64,000 bases of DNA, taken from contig CAVZJB010000016.1 of NCBI GenBank assembly GCA_963775425.1, positions 64,001 to 128,000 on the forward strand, read 5' to 3'. The stretch comes from an uncultured delta proteobacterium (GTDB lineage: Bacteria; Myxococcota; UBA727; VGSZ01). Both the position numbers and the translations under genes were made by a program. This document shows positions 51,880 to 63,383 of the stretch, one piece after another (within the stretch, counting starts at the first letter, position 1; the number at the start of each line of letters is the position of its first letter). The notes below the pieces were generated by a model. The model searched no databases and was not told the DNA's origin. It saw nothing but the letters and a program-made list of their open reading frames with translations.

Positions 51880-53361
51880 ATGCGGCTCACCCTCAAGCTG
51901 TTGCTCGCCGCCCTCGTCGGCATCACCGTCGTCCAGGCCCTGAACGGATACCTCCGCGTCGACCGCGAGCTGCGGCTGTTCGAGACCGATCTCGCCGGCG
52001 ACCTCCGCGGCCTCGGCCGCGCGGTCGCCATCGGCATGGAGCGCGCCTGGGACCGCGGCGGCGAAGAAGAGGCGCGCATCGTCCTCGACGAGATGCGCTC
52101 GGCCATCCCGCACTTCGACCTGCGCTGGGTGCCGCACGCCAACCTCGACCGCGCGCTCGCGGCGATGCCGAACGGCATGGAGCTGCACAAGCAGCTCGCC
52201 GCCGGGGAGCCGGTCACCTACGGCGCCGAGCCCAACTCGGTGCGGGAGACGCGCGACCGCATCGTGGTGGTGGCGGTGCCGGTGAGGCCCGACGGCGACC
52301 TCGAGGGCGTCGTGGAGATCGCGGGCTCGCTCAAGGACCAGCAGGACTACGTCGACCGCTCCATCATCACGACGCTCGCGGCGGCGGCCGGGACGCTCGC
52401 GGCCACCGCGCTCATCCTCTTCATCGTCGGCGCCTGGTTCGTGCGGCGGCCCACCAGCCAGCTCATCTCCGGGGCGTCGCGCATCGGCCGCGGCGACCTC
52501 GACACGGTCATCTCGCTGCCACAGCGCGACGAGCTCGGCAGGCTGGCGGCGGCCCTCGATCAGATGCGTGGGAACCTGGCGGCGGCGAGGGCGCGCGTCG
52601 AGTCCGAGGTGGCGGCGCGCACCGAAGCGCAGGTGCGCGCGGAGATCGAGCGCGAGCGGCGGAAGGAAGCCGTGGACCAGCTCCGCCACGCCGACCGCCT
52701 CGCGGTGGTGGGGCGGCTGGCGTCGAGCCTCGTGCACGAGCTGGGGGCGCCGCTGCAGGTCATCGCGGGACGCGCGCGCATGATCGAGCGCGACTCCGCG
52801 GCGCCGGCGCAGGTGATGGAGAACGCGCGCATCGCGCGAGAGCAGAGCGAGCGCATCACGCAGATCGTGCGCCGCCTCCTCGACTTCTCGCGCAAGGGCG
52901 GAAAGCCCGGCGATCGCGCCGTGGTGACCGAGGTGGTGCAGCGCACCACGCAATTGCTCGAGCCCATCGCGGAGCACGCCAAGGTGAACCTCGTCGTCGA
53001 TGCGCAGGCGTCCGACCGCGCTCCCGTGGTGCGTGGCGACGCCGCGCAGCTTCAGCAGGTCCTCGTGAACCTGGCGATCAACGCGGTCCACGCGATGCCC
53101 GACGGCGGGACGCTCACGGTGCGGAGCACCAGCGACGGCGAGCGGGCCCGCATCGACGTCGAGGACACGGGCGTCGGCATGAGCGACGAGACCAAGCGCC
53201 GGCTCTTCGTGCCGTTCTTCACCACCAAGCCACCGGGGCAGGGCACCGGCCTCGGCCTGTGCGTCGCCGACGAGATCGTGAAGAGCTGCGGCGGCACGCT
53301 CCGCGTGGAGAGCGAGGTCGGCAAGGGCTCCCGCTTCACGGTCGAGCTCCCCCTCGCCTGA
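51880..53361 (+). CDS. HAMP-domain sensor histidine kinase
   Basis: Two TMs, HAMP (RDELGRLA), VHELGAPL, NLAINA, DTGVG, FFTTK, GTGLGL. Confidence 0.93.
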   Translation: MRLTLKLLLAALVGITVVQALNGYLRVDRELRLFETDLAGDLRGLGRAVAIGMERAWDRGGEEEARIVLDEMRSAIPHFDLRWVPHANLDRALAAMPNGMELHKQLAAGEPVTYGAEPNSVRETRDRIVVVAVPVRPDGDLEGVVEIAGSLKDQQDYVDRSIITTLAAAAGTLAATALILFIVGAWFVRRPTSQLISGASRIGRGDLDTVISLPQRDELGRLAAALDQMRGNLAAARARVESEVAARTEAQVRAEIERERRKEAVDQLRHADRLAVVGRLASSLVHELGAPLQVIAGRARMIERDSAAPAQVMENARIAREQSERITQIVRRLLDFSRKGGKPGDRAVVTEVVQRTTQLLEPIAEHAKVNLVVDAQASDRAPVVRGDAAQLQQVLVNLAINAVHAMPDGGTLTVRSTSDGERARIDVEDTGVGMSDETKRRLFVPFFTTKPPGQGTGLGLCVADEIVKSCGGTLRVESEVGKGSRFTVELPLA

Positions 53362-53406
53362 GAGCCTGCGCGCCCCACGAGCCATGGGGCCACGCCGCGG
53401 GGTAGT

Positions 53407-55440
53407 GTGCCGCTCGTGAGCGCGCGGGAACGGATGGTCGCGGGCGTCGGTGTGCTCGGCTTCGTCGTCGTCGCGGCGCTCGTGGCCGGGCGGCTCGCGC
53501 TGCCGGCGTCGTTCCTCATGGCGGTCCCCGCGCTGTTCACGCTCGCGGCCGCGACGGGCTTCGGGATGCTCGCGCTGCGCCTGTGCGGCGCGTGGCGGGT
53601 GCTCGACGCCGAACGCTGGGCGTGGGCCGCCGTCGTCGGGCTCGGCGTCGAAGGCATGTGCCTGTGGCTGCTCGCGCACGCGCACGCGTTCACGCGCCCG
53701 GCCGCCGCCGTCGTCGTCGCGGCCGGCCTCGTCGCGCTCGCGAGCCACGGCCGCTCCCTCGTCGCGGACCTCGCCGGCGTTGACGGCGCGGGCCGCAGCT
53801 CGACGTGGGGTGCGCTCTGGCTCGCCGCGCTCGCCCCGTTCGGCGCGCTCGTGGTGCTCCGCGCAGCGGCGCCGCCGTCGTTCTTCGACGCGCTCGTGTA
53901 CCACCTCGGACTCCCCATGCAGTTCGCCGCCCGCGGCGCCGCCGTCGTCGACGTGCACGACATGTTCACGGCCATGCCGCTCCTCGGCGAGATGGCCGCG
54001 AGCCCCGCGCTCCTCCTCGGCGGCCCCGAGGGCCTCGGCTTCGTCTACGCGCTCGAATGGATCCTCCTCGCCGCCGCCGTCTTTACGCTCGCGCGCCGGG
54101 TGTTCCCCGCGCTCCCCGCCGCCGGCGGCGCCTGCGCCTTCGCCACGGCGTCGATGCCGCTCGCCGTGTTCCTGCCGAGCGGCACCAAGCCCGACCTGTT
54201 CGCCGCCCTCCTCGCCGTCGTCGTGCTGCGCGCGCTCGCGGCCCTCGCCACCCCGCGCGTCGTCGACGTCGAGGGCGGCGTGCGCGTGCCGCTCTTGCGC
54301 CTGGGCGCCCTCTGCCTCGGCTTCGGCTGCGCCACCAAGACGCCGTTCGTCCTGTGGACCGCCGTTGCCGTCGCCGTCGCCGTCGCCGTCGTGCTCGTCG
54401 ATCGGCGGGCGGCGGCGCGCCGCGGCGTCGCAGGCGCGCTCGCGGGTCGCGACGGCTGGCGGACGCTCGCCGTCTGCCTCGTCCTCATCGTCGTCGCCGG
54501 CGCGCTCCCCTACGCGCGCAACTTCGTCGCCTTCGGCGACCCGCTCTTCCCCTTTGCCGGCGGCCCCGCCTGGGCGGTGCACACCCGCGCGCTGCTCGAC
54601 GCCGACGCCCACCGGCCCCACGGCGTCCTCGACGTCCTCTCGCTGCCGTGGACGCTCATGGCGTCCACCGACCCCACCGCCGACGAGGTGCTCGGCGCCG
54701 TGCCGTTCCTCGGCGTCGCCGTCCTCCTCGTCCTGCGCCCGGCCGGCACCGGCCGCGTCTTCGCCGTCTGGGGTCTCGCCGTCGCCCTCACGCTGCCGCT
54801 CTGGCTCGCGACCCACGCGCTGCCCCGCTACGACCCGTTGCTCTGGGTCGTCCTCGGGGTCGCCGGGGGCGCCGGCCTCGCCGCCGTCCGCGCGCGCGCT
54901 GCGCGCGCCGCCGTCGCCGCCGCCGTCCTGCTCGCCGGCGTCGTCGACTTTTCGTGGAGCTTCGCCGCCGACAACGTGCTGTTGCGCGACCCGAACGCCT
55001 TGCTCACCCAGCGCGTCGACCGTCGCGCGTTCCTCCGCGGCGCCCTGGAGCCGTTTTCGGCGTACACATGGCTGAACGAGCATCACGCGGGCTGCGTCTT
55101 TCTGGCCGGCGGCGACGCGCGCGTCGCGTACCTCGAGGTGCCCGCGGTGCTCTCCGAGGTCTACGCGCGCCCCTTCGCCGCGCAGATCGTGGCCGAGGCC
55201 GCGAGCGTCGACGACGTCGTCGCCCGCATCCGGGAGACCGGGGCCACCCACGTCCTCCTCGGCAACGGCGCGCAGCGCGCGTGGCAGCGGCGGGGCTGGG
55301 GGCGCTTCGACGCCGCGGCCCAGGCGCGCTTCGACGCGTTGCCTTCGGCCCTAGGGGCGCCGGTGTATGAAGACCGCTTCGAGAAGGTGTTCGCGGTGCC
55401 CGGGCCCGTGCCGGGGCCGTGCACGTCGGGAGGACGATGA
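53407..55440 (+). CDS. Polytopic membrane protein, probable GT-C glycosyltransferase
   Basis: More than 12 TMs; DALVYHL..P loop motif, K.D, YARNF...GDPLFP, PRY. Confidence 0.65.
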   Translation: MPLVSARERMVAGVGVLGFVVVAALVAGRLALPASFLMAVPALFTLAAATGFGMLALRLCGAWRVLDAERWAWAAVVGLGVEGMCLWLLAHAHAFTRPAAAVVVAAGLVALASHGRSLVADLAGVDGAGRSSTWGALWLAALAPFGALVVLRAAAPPSFFDALVYHLGLPMQFAARGAAVVDVHDMFTAMPLLGEMAASPALLLGGPEGLGFVYALEWILLAAAVFTLARRVFPALPAAGGACAFATASMPLAVFLPSGTKPDLFAALLAVVVLRALAALATPRVVDVEGGVRVPLLRLGALCLGFGCATKTPFVLWTAVAVAVAVAVVLVDRRAAARRGVAGALAGRDGWRTLAVCLVLIVVAGALPYARNFVAFGDPLFPFAGGPAWAVHTRALLDADAHRPHGVLDVLSLPWTLMASTDPTADEVLGAVPFLGVAVLLVLRPAGTGRVFAVWGLAVALTLPLWLATHALPRYDPLLWVVLGVAGGAGLAAVRARAARAAVAAAVLLAGVVDFSWSFAADNVLLRDPNALLTQRVDRRAFLRGALEPFSAYTWLNEHHAGCVFLAGGDARVAYLEVPAVLSEVYARPFAAQIVAEAASVDDVVARIRETGATHVLLGNGAQRAWQRRGWGRFDAAAQARFDALPSALGAPVYEDRFEKVFAVPGPVPGPCTSGGR

Positions 55441-56009
55441 CGCCCGTCGACCGCGCGCTGCAGGAGTGGCGCATGCTCAAGGTCCGTCGCCACGTGCCCT
55501 GGGGCGCGCGCGTGCTCGACATCGGCGCGCACCAGGGTGAGCTGTTCTCGCGCCTGGGGCCGCGCGTGTCCGCCGGCGTCGGCGTGGATCCCGTGGCGGT
55601 GGAGCGCCGGGACGCGCGCGTGGTCCTCTACCGCGGCCTCTTCCCCGACGAGCGCGTGCTCAGACACGGCCCGTTCGACGTCGTCACCATGCTCGCCGTG
55701 TTCGAGCACGTCGAGGACCCCGTGGCGTTCGCCCGCGCGGTCTCGGCGGTCTTGCGCCCGGGCGGCCGCTTCGTGCTCACGGTCCCCGACGCACGCGTCG
55801 ACGCCATCCTCGACGTCCTGGTCAAGCTGCGCCTCGCCGACGGGATGGCCCTCGAGGAGCACCACGGCTTCGACGCCACCGACACGCCTCGCATCCTGCG
55901 CGACGCGGGCTTCGACGTGCTCGCCCACGAGCGCTTTCAGCTCGGGCTGAACAACGTCTGGGTGGCCGTCAAGCCTCCTGCCACGACATCGTCAGCTCGT
56001 CGTGGATGA
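55437..56009 (+). CDS. Class I SAM-dependent methyltransferase
   Basis: VLDIGAHQG, FDVVTMLAVFEH, LRPGG; ATGA overlap with the upstream gene. Confidence 0.9.
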   Translation: MTPVDRALQEWRMLKVRRHVPWGARVLDIGAHQGELFSRLGPRVSAGVGVDPVAVERRDARVVLYRGLFPDERVLRHGPFDVVTMLAVFEHVEDPVAFARAVSAVLRPGGRFVLTVPDARVDAILDVLVKLRLADGMALEEHHGFDATDTPRILRDAGFDVLAHERFQLGLNNVWVAVKPPATTSSARRG

Positions 56010-56619
56010 TGTCGAGCGCGCGGCGCGCCTTGTCCAGGAAGTCCTCGGTGGGCTCGACGACGTGGACGCGCGGGTGCGCCGACCAGATCTCGAGGATGTG
56101 CTGGTCGATGGCGTGGGCGCGGTCCGCGTCCTCGGTGCGGACGATGTTTTGGTGGTTGTAGTAGGCGCCTGAAGGCGTGCGCAGGTGGATGACGGCGCCG
56201 TAGCGCAGGAGCTCCCGCTCGAGGGTGGTCTCCTGCTCGACGAAGAACGACCCCGACGTGCCCGGCCAGTAGGCGACGCCGTCGAGGGTGCCGCGATCGC
56301 ACAGACCGACGCTGACGCCGCCGAGCGCCGCGGTGGCGCGCTCGAGGGCGACCTCGACGTGGTAGATGGCCGACTGCGCCGCCTTCTTCACCTCGACCTT
56401 GTCGCTGCGCGGAAAGCCCGTCCCGAACAGCATGGTGGCCGCCTCGGGGAGCACGCGCACGTGCTCGCAGAAGCGCCGCTTGGCGAGCTCGAGGATGGCG
56501 GTCTTGCCCGCGCCCGGGCCGCCGGTGACGACGACGAAGCGGGTCTTGTCGATGGGCCCGAAGCAACGGCAGCGGTCGATGCCGACGCCGGCGGAGGTGG
56601 CTTGGAGGTCGAGGGGCAT
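55969..56619 (-). CDS. AAA_28/NadR-like P-loop NTPase
   Basis: VVTGGPGAGKT, LPEAA, LCDRGTLDG.AY. Confidence 0.85.
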   Translation of the reverse strand: MPLDLQATSAGVGIDRCRCFGPIDKTRFVVVTGGPGAGKTAILELAKRRFCEHVRVLPEAATMLFGTGFPRSDKVEVKKAAQSAIYHVEVALERATAALGGVSVGLCDRGTLDGVAYWPGTSGSFFVEQETTLERELLRYGAVIHLRTPSGAYYNHQNIVRTEDADRAHAIDQHILEIWSAHPRVHVVEPTEDFLDKARRALDIIHDELTMSWQEA

Positions 56620-56676
56620 GCCCGGTGTCTACGCCACGCCGCGCGCGGCGGCTACCAGCGCAGGCGCCGCCGCGCG

Positions 56677-57522
56677 TCAGGCGTGGGCGCGGGCGCGGAC
56701 GCCGCCGGCGATCTCGATGACCTCCTGGGTGCTGGCCTCGCGGCGCGCGGAGACCAGGTGGCGGCGGACCTCGCCGGTGCGCTCGTCGAGCCAGTCGCCG
56801 GCGGCCTGCGTGGCGACGATGCGGGCGCCGTGCTCGCAGGCGAGCGCGTCGAGGAGCAGATCGAACAGCTCGACGTAGAGGAGCTCGCGCGTGACCGCGG
56901 CGGCGAGGTGGTCGGCGGCGACGTAGCGCGGCGTCCCGGGCGCGCCGCCCGCGGAGGGCGCTTCGTCGATGGCGGCGGGCCGCTCGAGGGGCAACAGGCG
57001 CGTCACCGTCGGCGCGTCCACCCCGACGCCGCGAAAGCGGCTGGAGACCACGTGCAGCGCGCTCATGCCGTCGGCCTCGTACGCCGACAGCGCGTGCTCG
57101 GCGAGGCTGAGGAGGACGTCGGTGATGCCGGCGGCGCTCGCGGGGCCCGGGTAGATCGCGTCGACCGTCACGTCCCGTCGCGCGAGCAACGTCGCGGCGC
57201 GCCGTCCGACGCACAGCGTGCGGCCCGGCCCGCGCGCCGCGCGCTCCTGCGCCGCCGCCGCCACGACGTGCGCGTTGTAGCCCCCGCACAGACCGAGCTC
57301 GGCGCCGATGACGACGAGGCCGACCGGGCCCGCCGACGGTGGCGTCCGGCGCAGCGCGAACGGCCGCAGCCGCTCGACGCCCTCGCGGTAGCTGCGGCAC
57401 GGCTCGACCTCGGCCCGCACCGCGCGGAAGTGGTGCGCGGACAGGCTCTTCATGGCGCTCACGGCCGCCGACAGGCCCTCCAAAGACCTGAGCCGCCGTG
57501 TGAGCTCTTCGCGTCGCTTCAT
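56677..57522 (-). CDS. atpG: N-type ATPase gamma subunit
   Basis: AMKSLSA, GLCGGYN, EHGAR, STQEVIEI. Confidence 0.92.
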   Translation of the reverse strand: MKRREELTRRLRSLEGLSAAVSAMKSLSAHHFRAVRAEVEPCRSYREGVERLRPFALRRTPPSAGPVGLVVIGAELGLCGGYNAHVVAAAAQERAARGPGRTLCVGRRAATLLARRDVTVDAIYPGPASAAGITDVLLSLAEHALSAYEADGMSALHVVSSRFRGVGVDAPTVTRLLPLERPAAIDEAPSAGGAPGTPRYVAADHLAAAVTRELLYVELFDLLLDALACEHGARIVATQAAGDWLDERTGEVRRHLVSARREASTQEVIEIAGGVRARAHA

Positions 57523-59027
57523 GCGGGCGCCTTGGCCGGCGGGACCGGCGCGCCGGCGGGTGCGGCGGGGAGGTGGTCGGCGAGCACCTGCTCGAGCGCC
57601 GCCCGCCAGTCGCCGTCGGGCACGCGCCCGTCGTCGAGGGTGGCGAACAGCTCCGGGAGCCGCGCGCGCGCAGCGGTGACCGCCGCGGCGACCACGTCGG
57701 CGACGGCGGGGAGCGCGAGGTGGTCGAGCTTGCCCGAGGCGGCGCCGACGAGCATGAACACCTCGCCCGCCTGGTCGCGCGCCGCGAAGCGCGGCTGGCG
57801 CAAGAGCTCACGCACGACGCGCCCGCGCGCGACCGCCTGCTGCGTCGCCGGATCGACGTCGAGGCCCACGCGCGTGAGCGCCTCGAGCGATTCGAAGCGC
57901 GCCATCTGGATGCGCAGGTTCTTGGCGGCCACCCGCATCAACGGCGACTGCGCGGCGCCGCCCACGCGCGACACGCTCTTCCCCACGTCGACCGGCGGGC
58001 GCTGGTTTCTCTCGAAGCGCGTGGCGTCGAGGTAGAGCTGGCCGTCGGTGATGGAGATGAGGTTGGTGGGGATGTACGAGGAGATGTCGCCGTCGGTGGT
58101 CTCGACGATCGGGAACGCCGTCACCGAGCCGCCGCCGGCGGCGGGGGACAGCGCGGTGGCCCGCTCGAGCAGCTCGGCGTGGATGTAGAAGATGTCGCCG
58201 GGGAACGCCTCGCGGCCCGGGGGGCGCCCGAGCAGCAGGGCGAGCTCGCGGTACGCGTCGGCGTGCTTGGTGAGGTCGTCGTAGACGACGAGGGCGTCCT
58301 TGCCCTGCGCGCGAAACGCCTCGGCCACGGTGGCGCCGGCGTAGGGCGCGAGCACCTGCAGGCCCGCGGAGTCGGCGGAGTCCGCGGCGACGACGACGGT
58401 GTTCGCGAGGGCGCCCTGGGCGTCGAGCGCGGCGCGGATGCTGAGCACGCGGGTGATGGGCTGGCCGATGACGACGTAGACGCACGCGACGTCGCCGGCT
58501 CGCTGCGCGGCGACGATGTCGAGCGCGAGCGCGGTCTTGCCGACGTTCCGGTCGCCGACCAGGAGCTGGCGTTGGCCGCGGCCGATGGGGACGGCGGCGT
58601 CGACGACGAGGACGCCGGTGTGCAACGGGCGCTCCACCGGCGCGCGCGTCACCAGCCGCGGCGCGTCTTTGTAGACGGGCTCGAGCGGGCCGTTCGGGAA
58701 GGGGCCGTCGTCCAACGGGCGGCCGAGGGGATCGATCACGCGCCCGAGGAGCTCCGTCCCCACGGGCAGAGACGGCGCGGCGCCGGCGGCGGAGGCGCCC
58801 TCTCCCTCGCGCACGCTCTCGGCTTCGCGGAGGAGGACGACGCCGGTGAGCTCGGGGGCGAGGTCGTACGCCATGCCGATGGCGCCGCCGTCGAAGTGGA
58901 CGAGCTCCTCGAAGCCGACCTCGCCGAGGCCGGCGACACGCGCGACGCCGTCGCCGACGTCGACGACGACGCCGCGCGGCCGGAGCGCGCCGCGCAGGTC
59001 GAGCCGGAGATCGCGCAGGGCGCTCAC
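57519..59027 (-). CDS. atpA: N-type ATPase alpha subunit
   Basis: PIGRGQRQL, GDRNVGKT, YDDLTKHA, PPGREAFPGD, IPTNLISITDGQ, SVSRVGG. Confidence 0.95.
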   Translation of the reverse strand: MSALRDLRLDLRGALRPRGVVVDVGDGVARVAGLGEVGFEELVHFDGGAIGMAYDLAPELTGVVLLREAESVREGEGASAAGAAPSLPVGTELLGRVIDPLGRPLDDGPFPNGPLEPVYKDAPRLVTRAPVERPLHTGVLVVDAAVPIGRGQRQLLVGDRNVGKTALALDIVAAQRAGDVACVYVVIGQPITRVLSIRAALDAQGALANTVVVAADSADSAGLQVLAPYAGATVAEAFRAQGKDALVVYDDLTKHADAYRELALLLGRPPGREAFPGDIFYIHAELLERATALSPAAGGGSVTAFPIVETTDGDISSYIPTNLISITDGQLYLDATRFERNQRPPVDVGKSVSRVGGAAQSPLMRVAAKNLRIQMARFESLEALTRVGLDVDPATQQAVARGRVVRELLRQPRFAARDQAGEVFMLVGAASGKLDHLALPAVADVVAAAVTAARARLPELFATLDDGRVPDGDWRAALEQVLADHLPAAPAGAPVPPAKAPA

Positions 59028-59824
59028 GAATTCTCCCGCACCGCCGCGCGTGCGCCGCCTGCGTCGCCCGCGCGCGGCGCCGACACCGACGACGACCCGC
59101 CCGCGGTCGCGCCGCGGGCGTGGGCGGTGACCGCGTGCGCCGCCTCGCGCGCGAACGACAGCGCGCTCGCGTCGATCTCGCCGGCGCCGGTGATGATGCG
59201 GACGCCGGCGCCGAGGTCGGCGACGACGCGCTCGTCGAACGCGCGGCCGACGGCGGCGGCGAGCACGCGCTTGCTCTCGGCGGACAGCGGGTGCGCGCTC
59301 TCGACGACGACACGGCCGTCGCCCCCGTCGGCGCCTCCTCGAGGCAGGCCGCCGAGGGCTTCGCAGGCGCTGCGCACGAGCGCGTCATCGAGGCTCGGCC
59401 CGCGGACGTCCTCGAGGAGCCGGCGGACGCCGTCGCCCGCGATGCGCCCGAGCGTCGTGGCCGCCGTCTCGGCCTGGCTGCGCTCGCGGGCCGCGAGCTC
59501 GACGTCGAAGGCGCGCCGCTCGTCCGCCTGCTTGCGCTGCGCGGCCTCCCGCAGCCGGTTCGCTTCACCGCGCGCGTCGGCGGCGGCGGCGGTGCGCACG
59601 CGATCCGCCTCGGCCGTGGCCGCGCTGAGCGCCGCTCGCGCCTGGTCGCGCAGGGCCTCGGCCTGCGTCCTCGCGGTCTCCGCCTCGGCGACCGCGGCGT
59701 CGTGGGACGCGCGCTCCTTGTCGATGGCGGCGCGCACCGGCTTGAACAGGAGCCAGCCGAGCCCCCCCGCGAGGAGGAGGAAGTTCACGGCGGCGAACAG
59801 GAGGTCGGCGATCCACGTCGGCAT
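59024..59824 (-). CDS. atpF: N-type ATPase b subunit (extended, with delta-like C-terminus)
   Basis: VNFLLL...WLLFKPV TM anchor, coiled coil, C-terminal VESAHPL...DLGAGVRI. Confidence 0.88.
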   Translation of the reverse strand: MPTWIADLLFAAVNFLLLAGGLGWLLFKPVRAAIDKERASHDAAVAEAETARTQAEALRDQARAALSAATAEADRVRTAAAADARGEANRLREAAQRKQADERRAFDVELAARERSQAETAATTLGRIAGDGVRRLLEDVRGPSLDDALVRSACEALGGLPRGGADGGDGRVVVESAHPLSAESKRVLAAAVGRAFDERVVADLGAGVRIITGAGEIDASALSFAREAAHAVTAHARGATAGGSSSVSAPRAGDAGGARAAVRENS

Positions 59825-59827
59825 CGG

Positions 59828-60088
59828 TCACGCCCTCGGGATCAGCGGGTTCGCGAACAGCAGCACCAGCGCGATGACGAGGCAGAAGATGGCGGTCGAT
59901 TCGACCATCGCCAAAGCGACGAACTGATTGCGGGTGATCGCAGCGCCCTCGTCGGGCTGGCGCGCGAGCGCGTCGAGCCCCGAGGCGCCGATGCGCGCCT
60001 CGCCGAGGGCCGCGCCGATGGCGCCGAGCGCCATGGTGATGCCCGCGGTGACGATGGAGGCGAACGCGAGCCAGGTGTGTTCCGTCAT
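59828..60088 (-). CDS. atpE: N-type ATPase c subunit
   Basis: GAALGE...ARQPD...AMVESTAIF...LLFANP. ATG 60088 overlaps the atpB stop. Confidence 0.93.
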   Translation of the reverse strand: MTEHTWLAFASIVTAGITMALGAIGAALGEARIGASGLDALARQPDEGAAITRNQFVALAMVESTAIFCLVIALVLLFANPLIPRA

Positions 60089-60759
60089 GCTTCCTCTCCG
60101 ATGCGAATGGCCGCGCCGATGTAGACGCTGGCGAGGATGGTGAAGATGTAGGCCTGCAGCAGGCCAATCCCGAGGTCGAGGGCCATCAGCGGGATGGGCA
60201 GGACGAGGCCGACCAGCGCGACGATGAGGCCCACCACGAGGTGGCCGCTCATCATGTTCCCGAACAGGCGGAGCGCGAGCGCCAGCGTACGCGACAGCTC
60301 GCTGATGATGTGCAGCGGGAAGAGCAGGGGGTTCGGCCGGAAGTACTCCTTCACGTAGCCGAGCGGCCCGCGCGCGTGGATGCCGGCGACGGGGACGGCG
60401 AAGAACACCAGCGCCGCGAGCGCGCTCGTCGTCGCCAGGTTCGACGTCGGCGCCGGGACCCCCGGGAGCTGGCCGACGACGGCGCACGCGGCGATGAAGA
60501 GGAACAGGCTGCCGGCGAACACCTCGAGCGCGGGCGCCGGGCGGCCGGCGGCCTGCTCGACGAGGTCGTGCAGGAAGCGAAACGTCATGCGCCCCGCCGA
60601 GGCCGCGCGCGTCGACGGGTTTCGTGTCACCGCGCGCGACAGGACGGCGGCGACGACCAGCAACAGCACGCTGGTGGCAGCGGTGATGATCATGGTCCGC
60701 GTGAGCGGCCACGGCCCGAGCTGCAACACGACGGGGCTGGCGAAGACCTCCGGGGTCAC
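60085..60759 (-). CDS. atpB: N-type ATPase a subunit
   Basis: APTS, SELSRTLALALRLFGNMMSGH, LQAYIF..L..VYI. Confidence 0.93.
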   Translation of the reverse strand: MTPEVFASPVVLQLGPWPLTRTMIITAATSVLLLVVAAVLSRAVTRNPSTRAASAGRMTFRFLHDLVEQAAGRPAPALEVFAGSLFLFIAACAVVGQLPGVPAPTSNLATTSALAALVFFAVPVAGIHARGPLGYVKEYFRPNPLLFPLHIISELSRTLALALRLFGNMMSGHLVVGLIVALVGLVLPIPLMALDLGIGLLQAYIFTILASVYIGAAIRIGEEA

Positions 60760-61016
60760 GTGGTCCTCCGCTCGGCGGCGACGGCGCGGCGCATGTGTCG
60801 CGCGACGGCGAAGGTCCCGGCGAAGAACGCGGCGGCCCAGCCGGCGGCGCACGCGACGACGTGGCCCAGGAGCGCCGCGGCGACGAGGAGCACCGCGACG
60901 CCGCCGAGCCGCGCGAGGGTGCCGAGGCCGACGCCGGCACGCGCGACCGCGACGACGTGAAGCGCGCCCGCGGCGACGCCCGCGAGGAGGAACGCGACGG
61001 TGGCGACGGGGATCAC
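60756..61016 (-). CDS. atpR: N-ATPase AtpR subunit
   Basis: Small 3-TM protein with Arg residues, located between atpQ and atpB as is diagnostic for N-ATPases. Confidence 0.7.
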   Translation of the reverse strand: MIPVATVAFLLAGVAAGALHVVAVARAGVGLGTLARLGGVAVLLVAAALLGHVVACAAGWAAAFFAGTFAVARHMRRAVAAERRTT

Positions 61017-61296
61017 GGTGGCCTCCGAACGACGCGGAACGCGATCCACGTGCCGAGCGCGGTTCCGAGCGTGAGCAACATCAGGGTGAAGTGGACGCCG
61101 CTGTCGAAGTGGCGGTCGACGAGGAAGCCGAGCCAGGCGCCGCCGGTGGCGAGGAGCACGATGGGCCAGCCGACGCTGCCGACGAGAGCCAGCGACTTCC
61201 AGAAGCCGCCGCTCGGGTCGCGCCGCTTGCGGCGGGCCACGTCGCGGGCCGTGCGCTCGCGGGCGTCGTCGCGCCGGGGCGGGCTGAGCACGGGCA

Positions 61297-61300
<4 letters not shown>
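61013..61300 (-). CDS. atpQ: AtpQ/AtpZ (gene 1) protein
   Basis: GSVGWPIV...GAWLG..VD...TL.LL.LG...G. Confidence 0.85.
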
Positions 61301-63238
<1,938 letters not shown>

Positions 63239-63343
63239 TCAATGCGCACGGGCCGGCGTCGGTGGGGGCACGCTGCGGGCGAATCTCCACACGCCGGGCG
63301 TGTGCGCCGCGCCTGCCACGGCGACCGGCGGCCTGCCCACGAC

Positions 63344-63359
63344 GGGCACGAAAGAGGCA
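63344..63359 (+). promoter_or_regulatory. Sigma54-like promoter upstream of ldh
   Basis: GGGCACGAAAGAGGCA with GG-N10-GC spacing, followed by a GGAGG RBS. Confidence 0.5.
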
Positions 63360-63383
63360 TCACCGAGGGGGGAGGAAGACGAG

